Source of the DNA: Mayamaea pseudoterrestris
Lineage: Eukaryota
Assembly (NCBI GenBank): GCA_027923505.1
Contig: BROI01000018.1
Coordinates: 558,001-622,000, forward strand
DNA length: 64,000 bases
Direction: 5' to 3'
Within the stretch, counting starts at the first letter, position 1, and each line of letters begins with the position of its first letter. The translations under genes and the position numbers were made by a program. Shown piece by piece: positions 1 to 11,100 of this stretch. Below the pieces are notes generated by a model. It was not told the origin of the DNA and did not search any database. It was given only the letters and a program-made list of their open reading frames with translations.

Positions 1-959
1 ATAATTCCCGTGCCGGCCACCCAGTCATGAAGCATGCGGCCGTCTCGTCGAATAATTCCAATCAAGCCTAGCAGCGGCATTACAACTGAAGTCAAGGGCA
101 GGAGCAGTGTCCGTAAAAGTGCGCGTCCGAAAGGAACATTAACATTGTCATCATCTTCCTCGGTGCGAGCAGCAACTCTCGATGACGACCGTCGGTCAAC
201 CACGATTTTAAGACCGACGATGTTCATTCCCAAAGTTTTGCTCACAAGTACAGTGCACAAGAAAAAGTAGAGAAACCAATATAGTCCATACAATCCTCCA
301 GCCCAAACGCCGCCGTTATCAACCGAAGGCTGTCGTTCACCCGTTAAAATCGACCAACACTGATCAGCGAGCACAGCCAAACACGCAAAGCTAAAGGTTA
401 CAAACATGACATCAATCAGCATCGCTATCGCTTTGGATAAAATGCCGCAGTAGCGTTCTTGTACGGCCATTGCCTTGCGCACGCGTCCCGACGGGACTTC
501 CGATTCATTTTCGCCATTGCCATTGCCCAATGCAGCAGCAGTCCGGTCATACACCGGCGGTAAATAGTTCCAACGCCGACGACAAGTACACCATCCGACA
601 CCTTTCATGATCCACAAGTCTAAAACAATCACTTGCGAACGCAGCGCATCCAAGACTTCAGTCGCCATGCCAGTCGTTGAATGCGCAACAATCGAGCCCA
701 TGTCTGTTTGCATCAACATTCTATTCACATCTACCTTTGCCACTATCGTATTTACATCGATTTTATCATTCAAAAGGTGGTTCCAGTCAATGCGCTCGAG
801 CAAGCGATTGATGTCAATGCGATCCACCAAGGCATTCACGTCGATGCGCTCCAAAACGTCCTCGACATTGACGCGACGAACAACGCCATCCACGTCGACG
901 CACTCCACAATGGGACTGACAATGGCATTGCTAATGGCTTGAGTTATAATGCTTGCCAT
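1..959 (-). CDS. RDD-family membrane protein with N-terminal 9-aa (V/I)D(V/I)NxLLxR repeats; 3' end runs off the window
   Basis: Manual translation from ATG 959 is open to position 1, so the ORF track missed it. MASIITQAISNAIVSPIVECVDVDGVVRRVNVEDVLERIDVNALVDRIDINRLLERIDWN... is followed by RDD hallmarks: KAIAMLID, hydrophobic helices, SKTLGMNIVGLKIV, RALLR, RMLHDWVAGTGI. Confidence 0.8.
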   Translation of the reverse strand, partial: MASIITQAISNAIVSPIVECVDVDGVVRRVNVEDVLERIDVNALVDRIDINRLLERIDWNHLLNDKIDVNTIVAKVDVNRMLMQTDMGSIVAHSTTGMATEVLDALRSQVIVLDLWIMKGVGWCTCRRRWNYLPPVYDRTAAALGNGNGENESEVPSGRVRKAMAVQERYCGILSKAIAMLIDVMFVTFSFACLAVLADQCWSILTGERQPSVDNGGVWAGGLYGLYWFLYFFLCTVLVSKTLGMNIVGLKIVVDRRSSSRVAARTEEDDDNVNVPFGRALLRTLLLPLTSVVMPLLGLIGIIRRDGRMLHDWVAGTGI

Positions 960-1628
960 GGCGACATCAGTAAAAGGCGCTGCGCGTTACATAATGCGAT
1001 CGACCTTGCTAAAATAATGCGTTCCATGGAGGTCGGCGCGAACCCGTTCATTACCGGTGCGAGCTTTGTTGCGTTGACCTACCGAAGGTTTTGCGCCACT
1101 GCTGGTTTGGCAAGTCCAAGTCCTAGTAAATGAGTTTCCAGTAGAGAAAAAAGTTACTCTCAGTTCCCTAGTACATCCTGGATCGTTGCAATGCACAACG
1201 TCTATTCTTGGAGCACTAACTGCGTAGCCAAAGGGTGTTACACTAATTCGAGCAAGTCCAAGTTATGGGTCGACTGCGGCTGGAGGCTATATCAATGATC
1301 TCTCGTGCATCTTGTTTATTTCCGGACACCTACCATGTGCCAGCTGTCAGCACACCAGTTGTTAGCCAAAGGGAGGGCCCTATAAACCAGTCAATGCGGA
1401 TGACACAAGTCCAGTTTCAGACTATGGCCAGAGAGTTTATAGAGGACTTTCACCTTATCTGGGATGCCAGAGTTGATGTTCGTGCACTGACTGGTAGCCA
1501 ATGGGTTATCCAATAGACATGGGCAATGGGTTGGCATGAAAGTTGGAGTGCGCTGCTATGCAACGGAAGATTGGTCTCGCTACGACATCGAATGATTCGC
1601 CATCAAACATCCAGCACACTTTTACACC

Positions 1629-3122
1629 ATGGCGGCGTCGGCTCGGCGAAAGCGACCTTCCAAAGCGGCCCAACATGTTTCTTCCACAAAGGCACAATGT
1701 CAAGCTTTATCATTGCTTATCATGGCATTCTTTTACATATTCCTTCAGCTGCAAGCACAGTACTTGTTGGATGGCTACGTCGTCGGAGCAGGTGGACTTG
1801 CACCTCAAGGCAATGGACAAGAAAGCAGCTACATGAATCTTTTTCGAATCCCTCATATGAGCAAGCTAATGAGCAGCATGAAGATCAACCTTCCTGCAAA
1901 GCCATATCGATTCATGGGCGACTTGGCATTGGAAAGTGAGCAAAAGATGCGCGAGCAAGAAGCGGCCAAACTCAACCAATTGGCGAATCCTCGTCGCTTT
2001 ATAATCTTTCAACCCATTCAAGCTGGACAAGGGCTTGGTAACATTGTCAGTGGCTTGCTGGCAGCTCATTTGCTGGGCGAAGAATTCAATAGGATCGTCT
2101 GTGTATCGAACGAGTACTCGGATTTCCTGCAAATGTTTGAACCCATTCACGAATTGGTTGTCAAGCATTGTCGGTACGCATTTGAACAGTATCGCAACAC
2201 ATCGCTGGCTCAACGCCACGAGCAATCCATACGATTGGTTACCTTTGAGCAAGCTCCCAATGAATGCTTTCTGCAGCAGAATCTTCGAGACGGACCCGAT
2301 GTTGTATACATGGTTTTAAATACCTATCCTCGGTGGCCACGCATTCCAACAACGGATGTAAACACAACGTACTTTTCCAAGTACTATCGGCCAACTCGCA
2401 AGCTACTGCAGGCGCTTCCATGGAAGACTGCTTCTACCGCCGATAGTGACGGAGCGCTATCAAATTTACGCGCCAAGATGCAGAAGCAGCAGCTACTTGA
2501 TAATCCTCCAACCACGGTTGTTCACTTGCGACAATCCGACGGCGCCCAAGATCAGCGCAAGGGGCTTGATGAAGCAACCTTCATGGCGCTCGGCAAGCTG
2601 CTTCCATCTGACACCTTTTTGGTGACGAATCGAGTCGACTGGTACGACTACTTTTCCAAGGAATTTGGCTGGAAGCATCCAGAATGGATCACGGTCATTC
2701 ATTCGGCGCTGCACAAGCAGTGGGGATTTCGCGACGAAAACGGGCAGCATCATAATGACAGCAATCAACTTGTTCCGTTCATTCCAAAGACTGTTTCGGA
2801 AAGTGATTCCGAAAAGGAGCTGCAGGTGTTGCAAATGTGGGTGGACTGGTATACGATATCGCAAGCCAAGACTGTCTATCACACGCATTCGGACTTCTCC
2901 ATTAGTGCCATTCACTGGAATGACATACGAAATACAAAAACCATTTTGGGTTTTGATAATGCCAAGCAGGAGCTGATTATAGTGGATGAAAGTTGGCGCG
3001 TCGATGGAGAGACAGCGGCCCTGGCTTCGCGAACCGAGTTTGCCTCCGGAACGACGCGACTACGACTCTGTGGACACAATATTGATCGTAGAGTGGCGGC
3101 ACAAAAGCATCGAGGGATTTGA
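1629..3122 (+). CDS. Type II membrane GT-B fucosyltransferase-like protein (alpha2/alpha6/O-FucT superfamily)
   Basis: 497-aa ORF with an N-terminal TM anchor. Motifs GQGLGNIVSG, VVHLRQSD (motif I), FLVTN (II) and DWYTISQA...SDFS (III). Confidence 0.65.
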   Translation: MAASARRKRPSKAAQHVSSTKAQCQALSLLIMAFFYIFLQLQAQYLLDGYVVGAGGLAPQGNGQESSYMNLFRIPHMSKLMSSMKINLPAKPYRFMGDLALESEQKMREQEAAKLNQLANPRRFIIFQPIQAGQGLGNIVSGLLAAHLLGEEFNRIVCVSNEYSDFLQMFEPIHELVVKHCRYAFEQYRNTSLAQRHEQSIRLVTFEQAPNECFLQQNLRDGPDVVYMVLNTYPRWPRIPTTDVNTTYFSKYYRPTRKLLQALPWKTASTADSDGALSNLRAKMQKQQLLDNPPTTVVHLRQSDGAQDQRKGLDEATFMALGKLLPSDTFLVTNRVDWYDYFSKEFGWKHPEWITVIHSALHKQWGFRDENGQHHNDSNQLVPFIPKTVSESDSEKELQVLQMWVDWYTISQAKTVYHTHSDFSISAIHWNDIRNTKTILGFDNAKQELIIVDESWRVDGETAALASRTEFASGTTRLRLCGHNIDRRVAAQKHRGI

Positions 3123-3540
3123 GAATGAAGCTTCGTTTAGTGAGGCAGAAAATCTAGCGAGACAATTGGGAATCTCGTACTGAGGCATTGGTACCATACT
3201 TGCGCGTGCAGCAACGACGGCGCGCATCAAGGCAAATGTTTATAAGCGTAAAACTCTCCAACATGAGAGACGCGAAATGAAACACTAAATGTAAATAAAA
3301 ATATAAAGTATATTTTGACTGTTATATGCGACGAGTAAACTGCGCCTTTTCTTCGTCACTGGATGGCACCCATCCACCCTAGGTCATCCCTCTTATAGCT
3401 ACAGATAACCTAATCGAAACGCTGCATCATTTCTTCTTGACTACCGACTAAAGGTTTCACCGATGAATCAAAATTTAAGCATAATTAGCTACAGTAAGCA
3501 GTTGCAGCGAATATTCGCCTTCGCCAGCGCCAACATGCAG

Positions 3541-6500
3541 TCATAGCAGCTCGCTCCCAAACCGGCGTTCGACTGACATAACGGATCGTATCTGTCCAAG
3601 CCGATCCATGAGGACCTGGAGTTGATCCAGACAGCTTACTTTTACAAGAAATTCTAGCGTAGCATGATCGTCCCTCGTCAAGCTGCCAGTTTTTACGATC
3701 GTAGATGTTTCGGACACGACCTCAGAGCAATCCGCCAGTAGAAGTTTTCGGTCTTTGGCATGTACTACAACTTCCGCCATGTATAAAGCTCCAGTTTTGT
3801 CATCTTCCGACCACTGCAACGGAGCAGGTAGATCGAGCGAGGTTGTGGAAAATCTAGAAGTTGCTCCTCTGGCGCCAGCAAAATTCCATGTCCGTCGCAG
3901 ATCCCCACTGCCTTGCCTCAGCGAAACACTATCTACTCGAGGTTTTCGACCCTTAAACTCGGTTGTAGCTGCAGAAGAATTGCTTTGAATAATGGCGGCA
4001 GTGATAGCCTTTTGGTTCCTTTCCGCCGCGGCGTGATTAACGGCTAGCTGCGCGTGCGGGCATCCAACTCTATGGACAGTCGTGACGGTTTCTGTGTGAG
4101 GACCATGAGTGCCAATAATAGAATCGCCGTATACAGGCAAGCAGTCGTTACACAAATGCTCTGGATCAGCGAAATCAGCCTTCGAGTCGTTATAATTATA
4201 CTGCATGCCCACTTTTGCCGACGATGCTCCATTCAATGGCTCAGCATTCTCTAAAGGTATTTCCGGAGGAGTTTTTACTTGTCGATCTGAGTCTGCGTTT
4301 GCAGCCGAATTACTTATTCGTCTCCGCTCGCGCACATTGGCCAGTACGGTACTAGGAGTAGGTAGCCGCAAGTTCTCTTCTGCTGCAACAAGGTACCTTT
4401 TGGGTACGTCAAAAAGATCCGACGCAATCTTGTGAAGAATGGACCTATCATGATGCTTTCCTATGCTAGTAAAAAAAGCATCCGTGTCACAATACTGTGA
4501 TCTTTGTTGCAAAATTTCCAGCAAAGAATGTAGCGTTTGTGGGACCTGTAAACTATGGTCGTCGCTCGATCGCTCAATGATTGACCGATGCATCTGATCA
4601 TTGGCGAAGTAAAGGTTAGCAAAAAGATTCGAACCGATTTGTATGACACGGCTTAAGAGACTTACGACTAGATAGTCCATGAAAATAATTTCACCAGCTT
4701 CTCTCAAGTTGTCTTTTTGCCTCGCACGAAAGTAACCTCGTAACTTTGATCGCGTAGACCGACTCTTGGCGTAACGCATCCAGTCAGTCGATGGCTTGCC
4801 TTCACCCGTCAGAATCGAAACGACATCTCCGTTCTGGAGCTCATACGAAAAAGACACAGGCTTTCCATTTATTTCGACACCATGCATATTCAGTCCGACC
4901 TCGGTGTGGATCTGAAAAGCAGCATCTATGGCAGTCGCTCCTCGTGCAAGGTTCAGAATTTTTCCATTTCTCAAGAAGACAAACACTCTTTTACCAAGTA
5001 GCTCTCGTCGAACACTGTCGACAAAGTCACGCGAGCTGATCATGTCATTTTGCCATTCCTTGATCGACGATAGCCAGGGAGTATTGTACAGATCCATCCC
5101 TTCGTCGCTGTCGCGCCGCCTCTTCATATCGGTATACGCCCAATGAGACGCCATTCCATACTCTGCCACCTGGTGCATCATACTCGTACGAATCTGAACT
5201 TCAATTGTCTGGCCGTTAAGAATCAAAGCCGTATGCAGACTCTGGTATCCGTTTGGCTGAGTCCGCAAGGGAGAAAGTGAGCCTGGTCACGAAACGACAA
5301 TATGCCTCACCAAGTCCACGGAAACATACCTTTGGAAACGAAATGTAGTCCTTGACGCGCGTCGGAACTGGCTGAAACCCCGGCAAATGCTGCACAAGTC
5401 CAAGTACATGGTAGCACAACCACACGCCGCGATCAGTCTGCTGGGTTTCCTCGGCTGGATCTGCCGGTGGAGTAATAATTACTCGCAACGCCACCACATC
5501 CACTATATTGTCCAAGTTGTGTTCATTCTTCGTCTCCATCTTGTGCCATAGCGAGTATATCTCCTTGGTCCGTCCAAAGACTTCCACCTTGGCAGCTTGC
5601 TGCTTAAGCGTCAAGTCGGCGTCGAGCTGTTGCTGCAATACTTTCTGTGAACTATCCAAGGTTTCCCGGTACTTTTTCTGATGCTCGCGTAGTCGTCGAT
5701 TGAGTCGCTTGTACTCTTGCGGATACAAATACATGAATGCTGTATCTTCCAGTTCACACTTGAACTGGAAAATGCCCATGCGGTGGGCGAGCGGTGCAAA
5801 GATATCCAAGGTTTCCCGACTAATTTTAATTTGTTTCTCTGGCTTCATATGGCGCAATGTGCGCATGTTGTGGAGCCGATCAGCGAGTTTGACAATAATA
5901 ATGCGGTAATCGTCCGTCATGGCGACAAACATTTGTCTCAAGTTTTCCGCCTGCTCATCGGCGTAGTCTGTAAAGGCAATCTTTGGTAGCTTGGAAACCT
6001 TTGTTTCACCTTCAACAATGCTTCGAACCGTAGGCCCAAACAGTTCCTGTATCTGATCAAAGGTCAAGTCCGTATCTTCCACAGTATCATGCAATAGCCC
6101 CGCCATGACCGTGTCTGGATCCATTTTCAAATTGGCTAGCAGAATCGCCACTTCCACCGGATGAATGATGAACGGCTCGCCCGATTTTCGCATTTGCCCT
6201 CGATGCGCTCTATATGCAATGCAGAGTGCCTGGTAAATTTTAGCAACGGCAGCCGTTCCATGGTAGTTGATGAGCGGAAGCAACCGATCCCAGTATGTTT
6301 CTATAGCCTGCAAATCGTAGTAGGTCAAGACTGACTTCCAGCTTTGATGAGCTTTTCCTGCTGCTGCTTGCTCAATGTTTCGATCACTACTTTCATCATA
6401 AAGTAGTTGATCTTCTATTTCTTGCTGATCTTGTTGCTGCCTCGTCGTGTAGGATAGCATAGTGTCATTCCATCCTTGTGACATTAAATTGGTCCAGTGA

Positions 6501-6859
6501 TTGACTTCCGGCGCTGTCGCCGAGTTGATGGCTGTCTTGATGGTGACGCCTCGCGTAAAATCTGCGGCCACGCCGTTGTGTTGATGTATTCCATTGCTGT
6601 TGCTATTGTTGTTATTCTTCCGAGAAATTGGTGGCATACCTCCATTAGTGAATGCGCCGTTAACGAAAGCAGTGCTGGAGTTTGATCCATTTCGAAACGA
6701 TCCATTCGGATGCGGAAGTTTGTTGTTAAAGAGTCGAGAGCGATGTAAATCAAAGTGGTGCCTGCTGGCGCATTTACTGAAAGCGTTTTGTGATGGAAGG
6801 ACGAAGCAATCGGATGTCGAGCTCAGCAGGAACAGCGTTAGGGCTAGGTCTCTGTACAT
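3541..6859 (-). CDS. RSH: Long RelA/SpoT homologue, (p)ppGpp synthetase/hydrolase, probably plastid-targeted; exons 6859-5330, 5256-4666, 4593-3541 (~1057 aa)
   Basis: HD domain (RKSGEPFIIHP, LLHDTVEDT, KLADRLHNMRT) and synthetase (RVKDY, FPK^PNGYQSLHT, EVQIRT). TGS (GATAIDAAFQIHTEVG), Cys/His RIS zinc motif (CNDCLP..HRVGC) and C-terminal ACT. GT-AG introns 5329-5257 (GTATGT) and 4665-4594 (GTAAGT) join the two ORFs. Signal peptide MYRDLALTLFLLSSTSDC-FV. Confidence 0.93.
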
Positions 6860-7323
6860 GATCTTCCAAATCACTGCAGGCCTCCTCCTCATCCATCGAT
6901 TTGTGTATTGCTGCAATCTATATCTATCGAAATTTGACATTCTAATGCGAGAAGCTGCTTCTTCACGGCAGGCTTTTTCGACGCAGAGGTGCTAAACTCG
7001 ATGCGATGCCAGCTGCTGTCAGTTAAATTGGATCAGAACGCAAGTGCTAATTACTGCGTCGTTACCCTGCAGCTCTAGCTCTTTCATGAACCGAAGAAAG
7101 TATTAAAAGATGTATTATATTCGTTCATGCATGCAATCTCTTTTAATCGCAGCGGCCACTGCAAAAGTTGCAGTTCGTTCCATGGTGGAAGGCGTCGACA
7201 GAAGGCCTGCTTGTACCACTTGAAATGTCGCTCCGGTAATTACTAAGAGTTTCACTGCGACACGTCTTGCTAACCACCGAAAGCGCGAGCGACGCTCATT
7301 CATTTTGTTCTTCATCAACGACC

Positions 7324-9477
7324 ATGGCGACGACCAACGAGAAGAAGAAGACTCTCTTTGAGGATGACGATGACGTGAATGAAGCGCCATCAAAGTTATC
7401 ATCGTCATTTAAGATTGACGAAAAGTTTGCTGCTGCATTCGAGTCTCGCAAGCAGAAGGAGGAGCTGAAACAGATTGCGCAAAATGGAGGAGGAGGAAGC
7501 GACGACGACGATGCATCTTCCAGTTCGGATGAGGACGACGACGCACAACTCCTGACGGAGGAATTAGATGTCAATATATTTAAGACTATAAATGCTTTGC
7601 GAGCCAAGGACGACAAAATTTATGACTCGAGTGTGCGATTTTTCGAAAATGGCGATGACGAAGATTCGGCCGACGACAACGATGACGAAGATTATGCCGA
7701 TTCAAACAAGAAGGGCAAGCCAAAGCGATACAAGGATGTTATTCGAGAACAAGTGTTGGAGCAAATGGATCGCGAAGAAGGCTTGCGCGATGACAGTAAA
7801 GAACAGCACAGTACGCAAAGTCGGTTGGCGTACGACGCCGAGCAGCAGGAAATTCGAAAGGCTTTTCTCACTGGCCTTGGCGGCGACGATGACAATGATG
7901 CAAGCAGCGACAGCGACGACGAGGGGACTTTGTTAAAAGTAAAACGTAGACACAAGCCATCCGACGACTACGCTCTCAACAAGGAACTCGAGCAAGAACT
8001 TGAAAAGCTCAAGGCAACGGCTGATTCCAAGGATTTGGTTGATCCACGCGGCGAAGTCAAAGATGGCGAAGCCTTTTTGCTAGATTATTTCAAAAAGAAG
8101 ACTTGGAAGCGCGGTGGCGATGATAGCGACGGTTCCGACTCGGACGATGATGACGCCAGCAACCAAGAAGTTTCCATGAAGCATTCTGCCTTTCGCGACG
8201 ATGATTCACTCGATGACGTTGATAAGGCCGATGACTTTGAATCCCAATACAACTTTCGCTTCGAGCAAGCCGCCGCCGCGAATTCATCTGGAGCAGATCG
8301 ATCGTTGGTGAGTTATGCGCGCGATATGACTGGCACGTTGCGTCGCAAGGACGAGAGTCGTCGGGAAAAGCGACTGGCCCGACAGGAGCGCAAGGCGGCT
8401 GAGCGGAAGGCAAAGGAGGAGGAACTAAAGCGACTCAAGAATTTGAAGCGACAGGAAATGAATGAAAAGTTGCGTCAAGTCAAGACAGTTCTGGGTGAAG
8501 TGGCAGAAGGCAGAGCGGCCGAAGCTGTGGATGAAGCAGCCATTTTGAAACTGATTGAAGGTGACTTTGATCCTGACAAGTACGAAGAGCTTATGAAGAA
8601 TGCTTATGGTGATGACTTTTACAACTCGAATGATGCCGAGTGGAAATCGGAGCTTGATGTTCGTAACACGTTGAAGAACGAGGAAGATGGGGACTTGCTC
8701 ATTGGACAAGACGACGAGGACGGCGGCCTCTACGATGACAACCAAGGCGGGTATTATGACGAGGAAGGAGAGTACGATCAAGACGACGAAGCCTACTATG
8801 ATGAGGAGAACGAAGCATGGCAAGATGAAGAAGGTTTGGATGATGCAGCCGCAACAGAAACACCACTGGAGCGTCAGGTTCGTGAAAAGTTAACCGACGA
8901 GCTGTACAAGCTTGACTATGAAGACATTGTCGCTGGTCAACCAACGCGCTTCAAATACCGCAAGGTTGAGGCAAACAGCTATGGCCTTTCGACCGAGGAG
9001 ATCCTATTTGCGCGTGACACCACCTTGCGACAATTTGTCTCGTTAAAGCAAATGGCGCCCTATAACGAGCGAGAGTTTCACGCGAACAGCAAGAAGCGAC
9101 GTCGTTTCCGCGATTTATTGAAGCAAGAGTTGGAGGAAGGAACGAAGGAAGAGAATGTGGTGGAGGGAGTGCATGCGCATGAGGCTGTTGACGAAGAAGT
9201 TGACGAAGAAGCCGAGGAGAAACCGAAAAAGAAGTCTCGCCGGTCAAAAAAGAAGAGCAAGGACAAGGTTGATGATGATACGATCAAGGTTGACATTAAG
9301 TCGGATGTAGAAGGTACCGAAACTGAACTGACGGCTAACGAGGCTATGGAATCGGACGAGAAAGCCATGTCCAATTCAACCATGGAAAAGAAGAAGAAAC
9401 GAAAGAAAAAGCACAAGAGCAAGGATCCTGTCGTTGCTGGCTTGTCTGAATCTCGCCTGGCTGCGTATGGCTTGTAG
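7324..9477 (+). CDS. KRI1: KRI1 ribosome (40S) biogenesis protein
   Basis: Acidic protein with FESQYNFRFE, RRKDESRREKR, LYKLDYEDIVAGQPTRFKYRKV, YGLSTEEIL and the C-terminal SRLAAYGL typical of Kri1. ATG at 7324. Confidence 0.92.
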   Translation: MATTNEKKKTLFEDDDDVNEAPSKLSSSFKIDEKFAAAFESRKQKEELKQIAQNGGGGSDDDDASSSSDEDDDAQLLTEELDVNIFKTINALRAKDDKIYDSSVRFFENGDDEDSADDNDDEDYADSNKKGKPKRYKDVIREQVLEQMDREEGLRDDSKEQHSTQSRLAYDAEQQEIRKAFLTGLGGDDDNDASSDSDDEGTLLKVKRRHKPSDDYALNKELEQELEKLKATADSKDLVDPRGEVKDGEAFLLDYFKKKTWKRGGDDSDGSDSDDDDASNQEVSMKHSAFRDDDSLDDVDKADDFESQYNFRFEQAAAANSSGADRSLVSYARDMTGTLRRKDESRREKRLARQERKAAERKAKEEELKRLKNLKRQEMNEKLRQVKTVLGEVAEGRAAEAVDEAAILKLIEGDFDPDKYEELMKNAYGDDFYNSNDAEWKSELDVRNTLKNEEDGDLLIGQDDEDGGLYDDNQGGYYDEEGEYDQDDEAYYDEENEAWQDEEGLDDAAATETPLERQVREKLTDELYKLDYEDIVAGQPTRFKYRKVEANSYGLSTEEILFARDTTLRQFVSLKQMAPYNEREFHANSKKRRRFRDLLKQELEEGTKEENVVEGVHAHEAVDEEVDEEAEEKPKKKSRRSKKKSKDKVDDDTIKVDIKSDVEGTETELTANEAMESDEKAMSNSTMEKKKKRKKKHKSKDPVVAGLSESRLAAYGL

Positions 9478-9775
9478 TAAAAGGTCTTTGTTAGCTACCG
9501 TATAATACCAGTTTGGTGGTTTGCTTCGTGTATGTTCATGGCAAGATTTAGCTATGTGAACGCCAAAACATCCGGCAGCAATCCTTCGAAGAAGCGTTCC
9601 GAGCAGCTTGAACCCGCGCCAGCATGTGATAGGTGTCAGTATCTATTGTTCAGAGCTGAATACAATTCATGTTAGTTACTCGGAAAGGCAAGGCGCGGAA
9701 CGAAAGATGACTGACGTGGCCATGGAAAACGCCGACTCGTTCCGATCCGAAAATTTGACAGCCACATTTTCCACC

Positions 9776-10984
9776 ATGATTTTGACCATGCGTTGCACCT
9801 CCCTACCGCTAGCTGCCTTTTCCCGCGGCAGCAGAGTCTGTGATAAGCGACAACTATCGACTAGCTGGAAGGCTTCTAGTTCCATGTCTTTTCCACCAGC
9901 TTCCGATTCGTCGGAACAACCCGCAAGCAGGGACGACGAAACCACTGCAGCACCTCCATACACTCTCTGCTTTGTTCGACACGGGCAGTCAACCTGGAAC
10001 CGAGAGAATCGCTTCATTGGATGGACGGATACCCCCCTGACGGAGACTGGTGTATTGGAGGCGCGCGTTGCTGGGCGCATGCTTCGTCAATCGGGTTTGC
10101 AGTTTGATGAGTGTCACACGAGTCTGCTGAGACGCAGCATTCGAACCGCCAATTTGATCCTCATGGAGATTGCTCAAGAATACATTCCAATGCACAAGAC
10201 GTTTCGATTGAATGAACGACACTATGGCGATCTAGTCGGACGTCACAAGAAGGAAGCTGTCGTGGCGCATGGCGTTGATCAAGTGAAGCGCTGGCGGAGA
10301 TCCTTTGACGAGCGACCTCCTGCCATGCATGCTAATCATCCGCATCATCCAGCCAATGATCCAAGATATAAGCACATGCTGAGTGACATTCCAAACGCAG
10401 AGTCACTGAAAGATACAGTTGCGCGATCGTCTGTCTATTGGAACGACACATTGGCGCCGCAACTACAGCAAGGCAGGACGCTGTTGGTCGTTGGACACGA
10501 AAACAATTTGCGCTCCCTCATCATGCAACTGGAAAACATTTCACCTCAAGACATTCTCCACTTAAATTTGCCCCGAGCTGTTCCACTTGTCTACAAGCTT
10601 GATCGGGATTTGCAACCAATGGGACAGGCTACCGACGACCAAGCCACGGGTTTGTCACTGCGGGGCGAGTGGCTAGGCGGAGACGATGCTGTCCAGCAAA
10701 TACTTGAGCGCGACCATCGCAATGTGTACGATACAAGCTTTTCCAAGAATTTGGAAACCTGCGAGGAATCGCAGCAGCGAAGCAAGGATCAGTGGCTCGG
10801 ATGGATGGAGAGTGTCGTAGGACAGCCGGCTGCTAGTATTGGTATGATACGAGGTGATTCGCCTACGATTAGCGGCCGAAGCAGTCATTATACTGGCTCG
10901 ACTTCCTCAAATAGTCGAATAGACTTGAATGGATTTGATGCTAGTCGGATGCGAGAAGACAAGGGGATGCGAAAGGCAGCTTGA
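9776..10984 (+). CDS. PGAM: Cofactor-dependent phosphoglycerate mutase (dPGM) with N-terminal organellar extension; start codon uncertain (9776/9788)
   Basis: RHGQSTWN..NRFIGWTD, LNERHYGDL, WRRSFD..PP, AESLKDT and VGHENNLR histidine-phosphatase motifs. Confidence 0.9.
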   Translation: MILTMRCTSLPLAAFSRGSRVCDKRQLSTSWKASSSMSFPPASDSSEQPASRDDETTAAPPYTLCFVRHGQSTWNRENRFIGWTDTPLTETGVLEARVAGRMLRQSGLQFDECHTSLLRRSIRTANLILMEIAQEYIPMHKTFRLNERHYGDLVGRHKKEAVVAHGVDQVKRWRRSFDERPPAMHANHPHHPANDPRYKHMLSDIPNAESLKDTVARSSVYWNDTLAPQLQQGRTLLVVGHENNLRSLIMQLENISPQDILHLNLPRAVPLVYKLDRDLQPMGQATDDQATGLSLRGEWLGGDDAVQQILERDHRNVYDTSFSKNLETCEESQQRSKDQWLGWMESVVGQPAASIGMIRGDSPTISGRSSHYTGSTSSNSRIDLNGFDASRMREDKGMRKAA

Positions 10985-11100
10985 AGCGAGGACGAGAAAC
11001 GACTCCAGAATTAGCGGTGCTGCCCCATGCAATGTAGAATGTTTATAATATTAGTTAGAGCCCGTTTATGACCCATCATATACATACAAGCTACACACGG

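Noticed and set aside
607..1133. Plus-strand ORFs 607-942 and 681-1133
   Set aside because: Antisense to the RDD gene found on the minus strand.
5216..5330. Apparent frameshift splitting RelA/SpoT into two ORFs
   Set aside because: Explained by a canonical 73-nt GT-AG intron that restores FPKPNGYQSLH.
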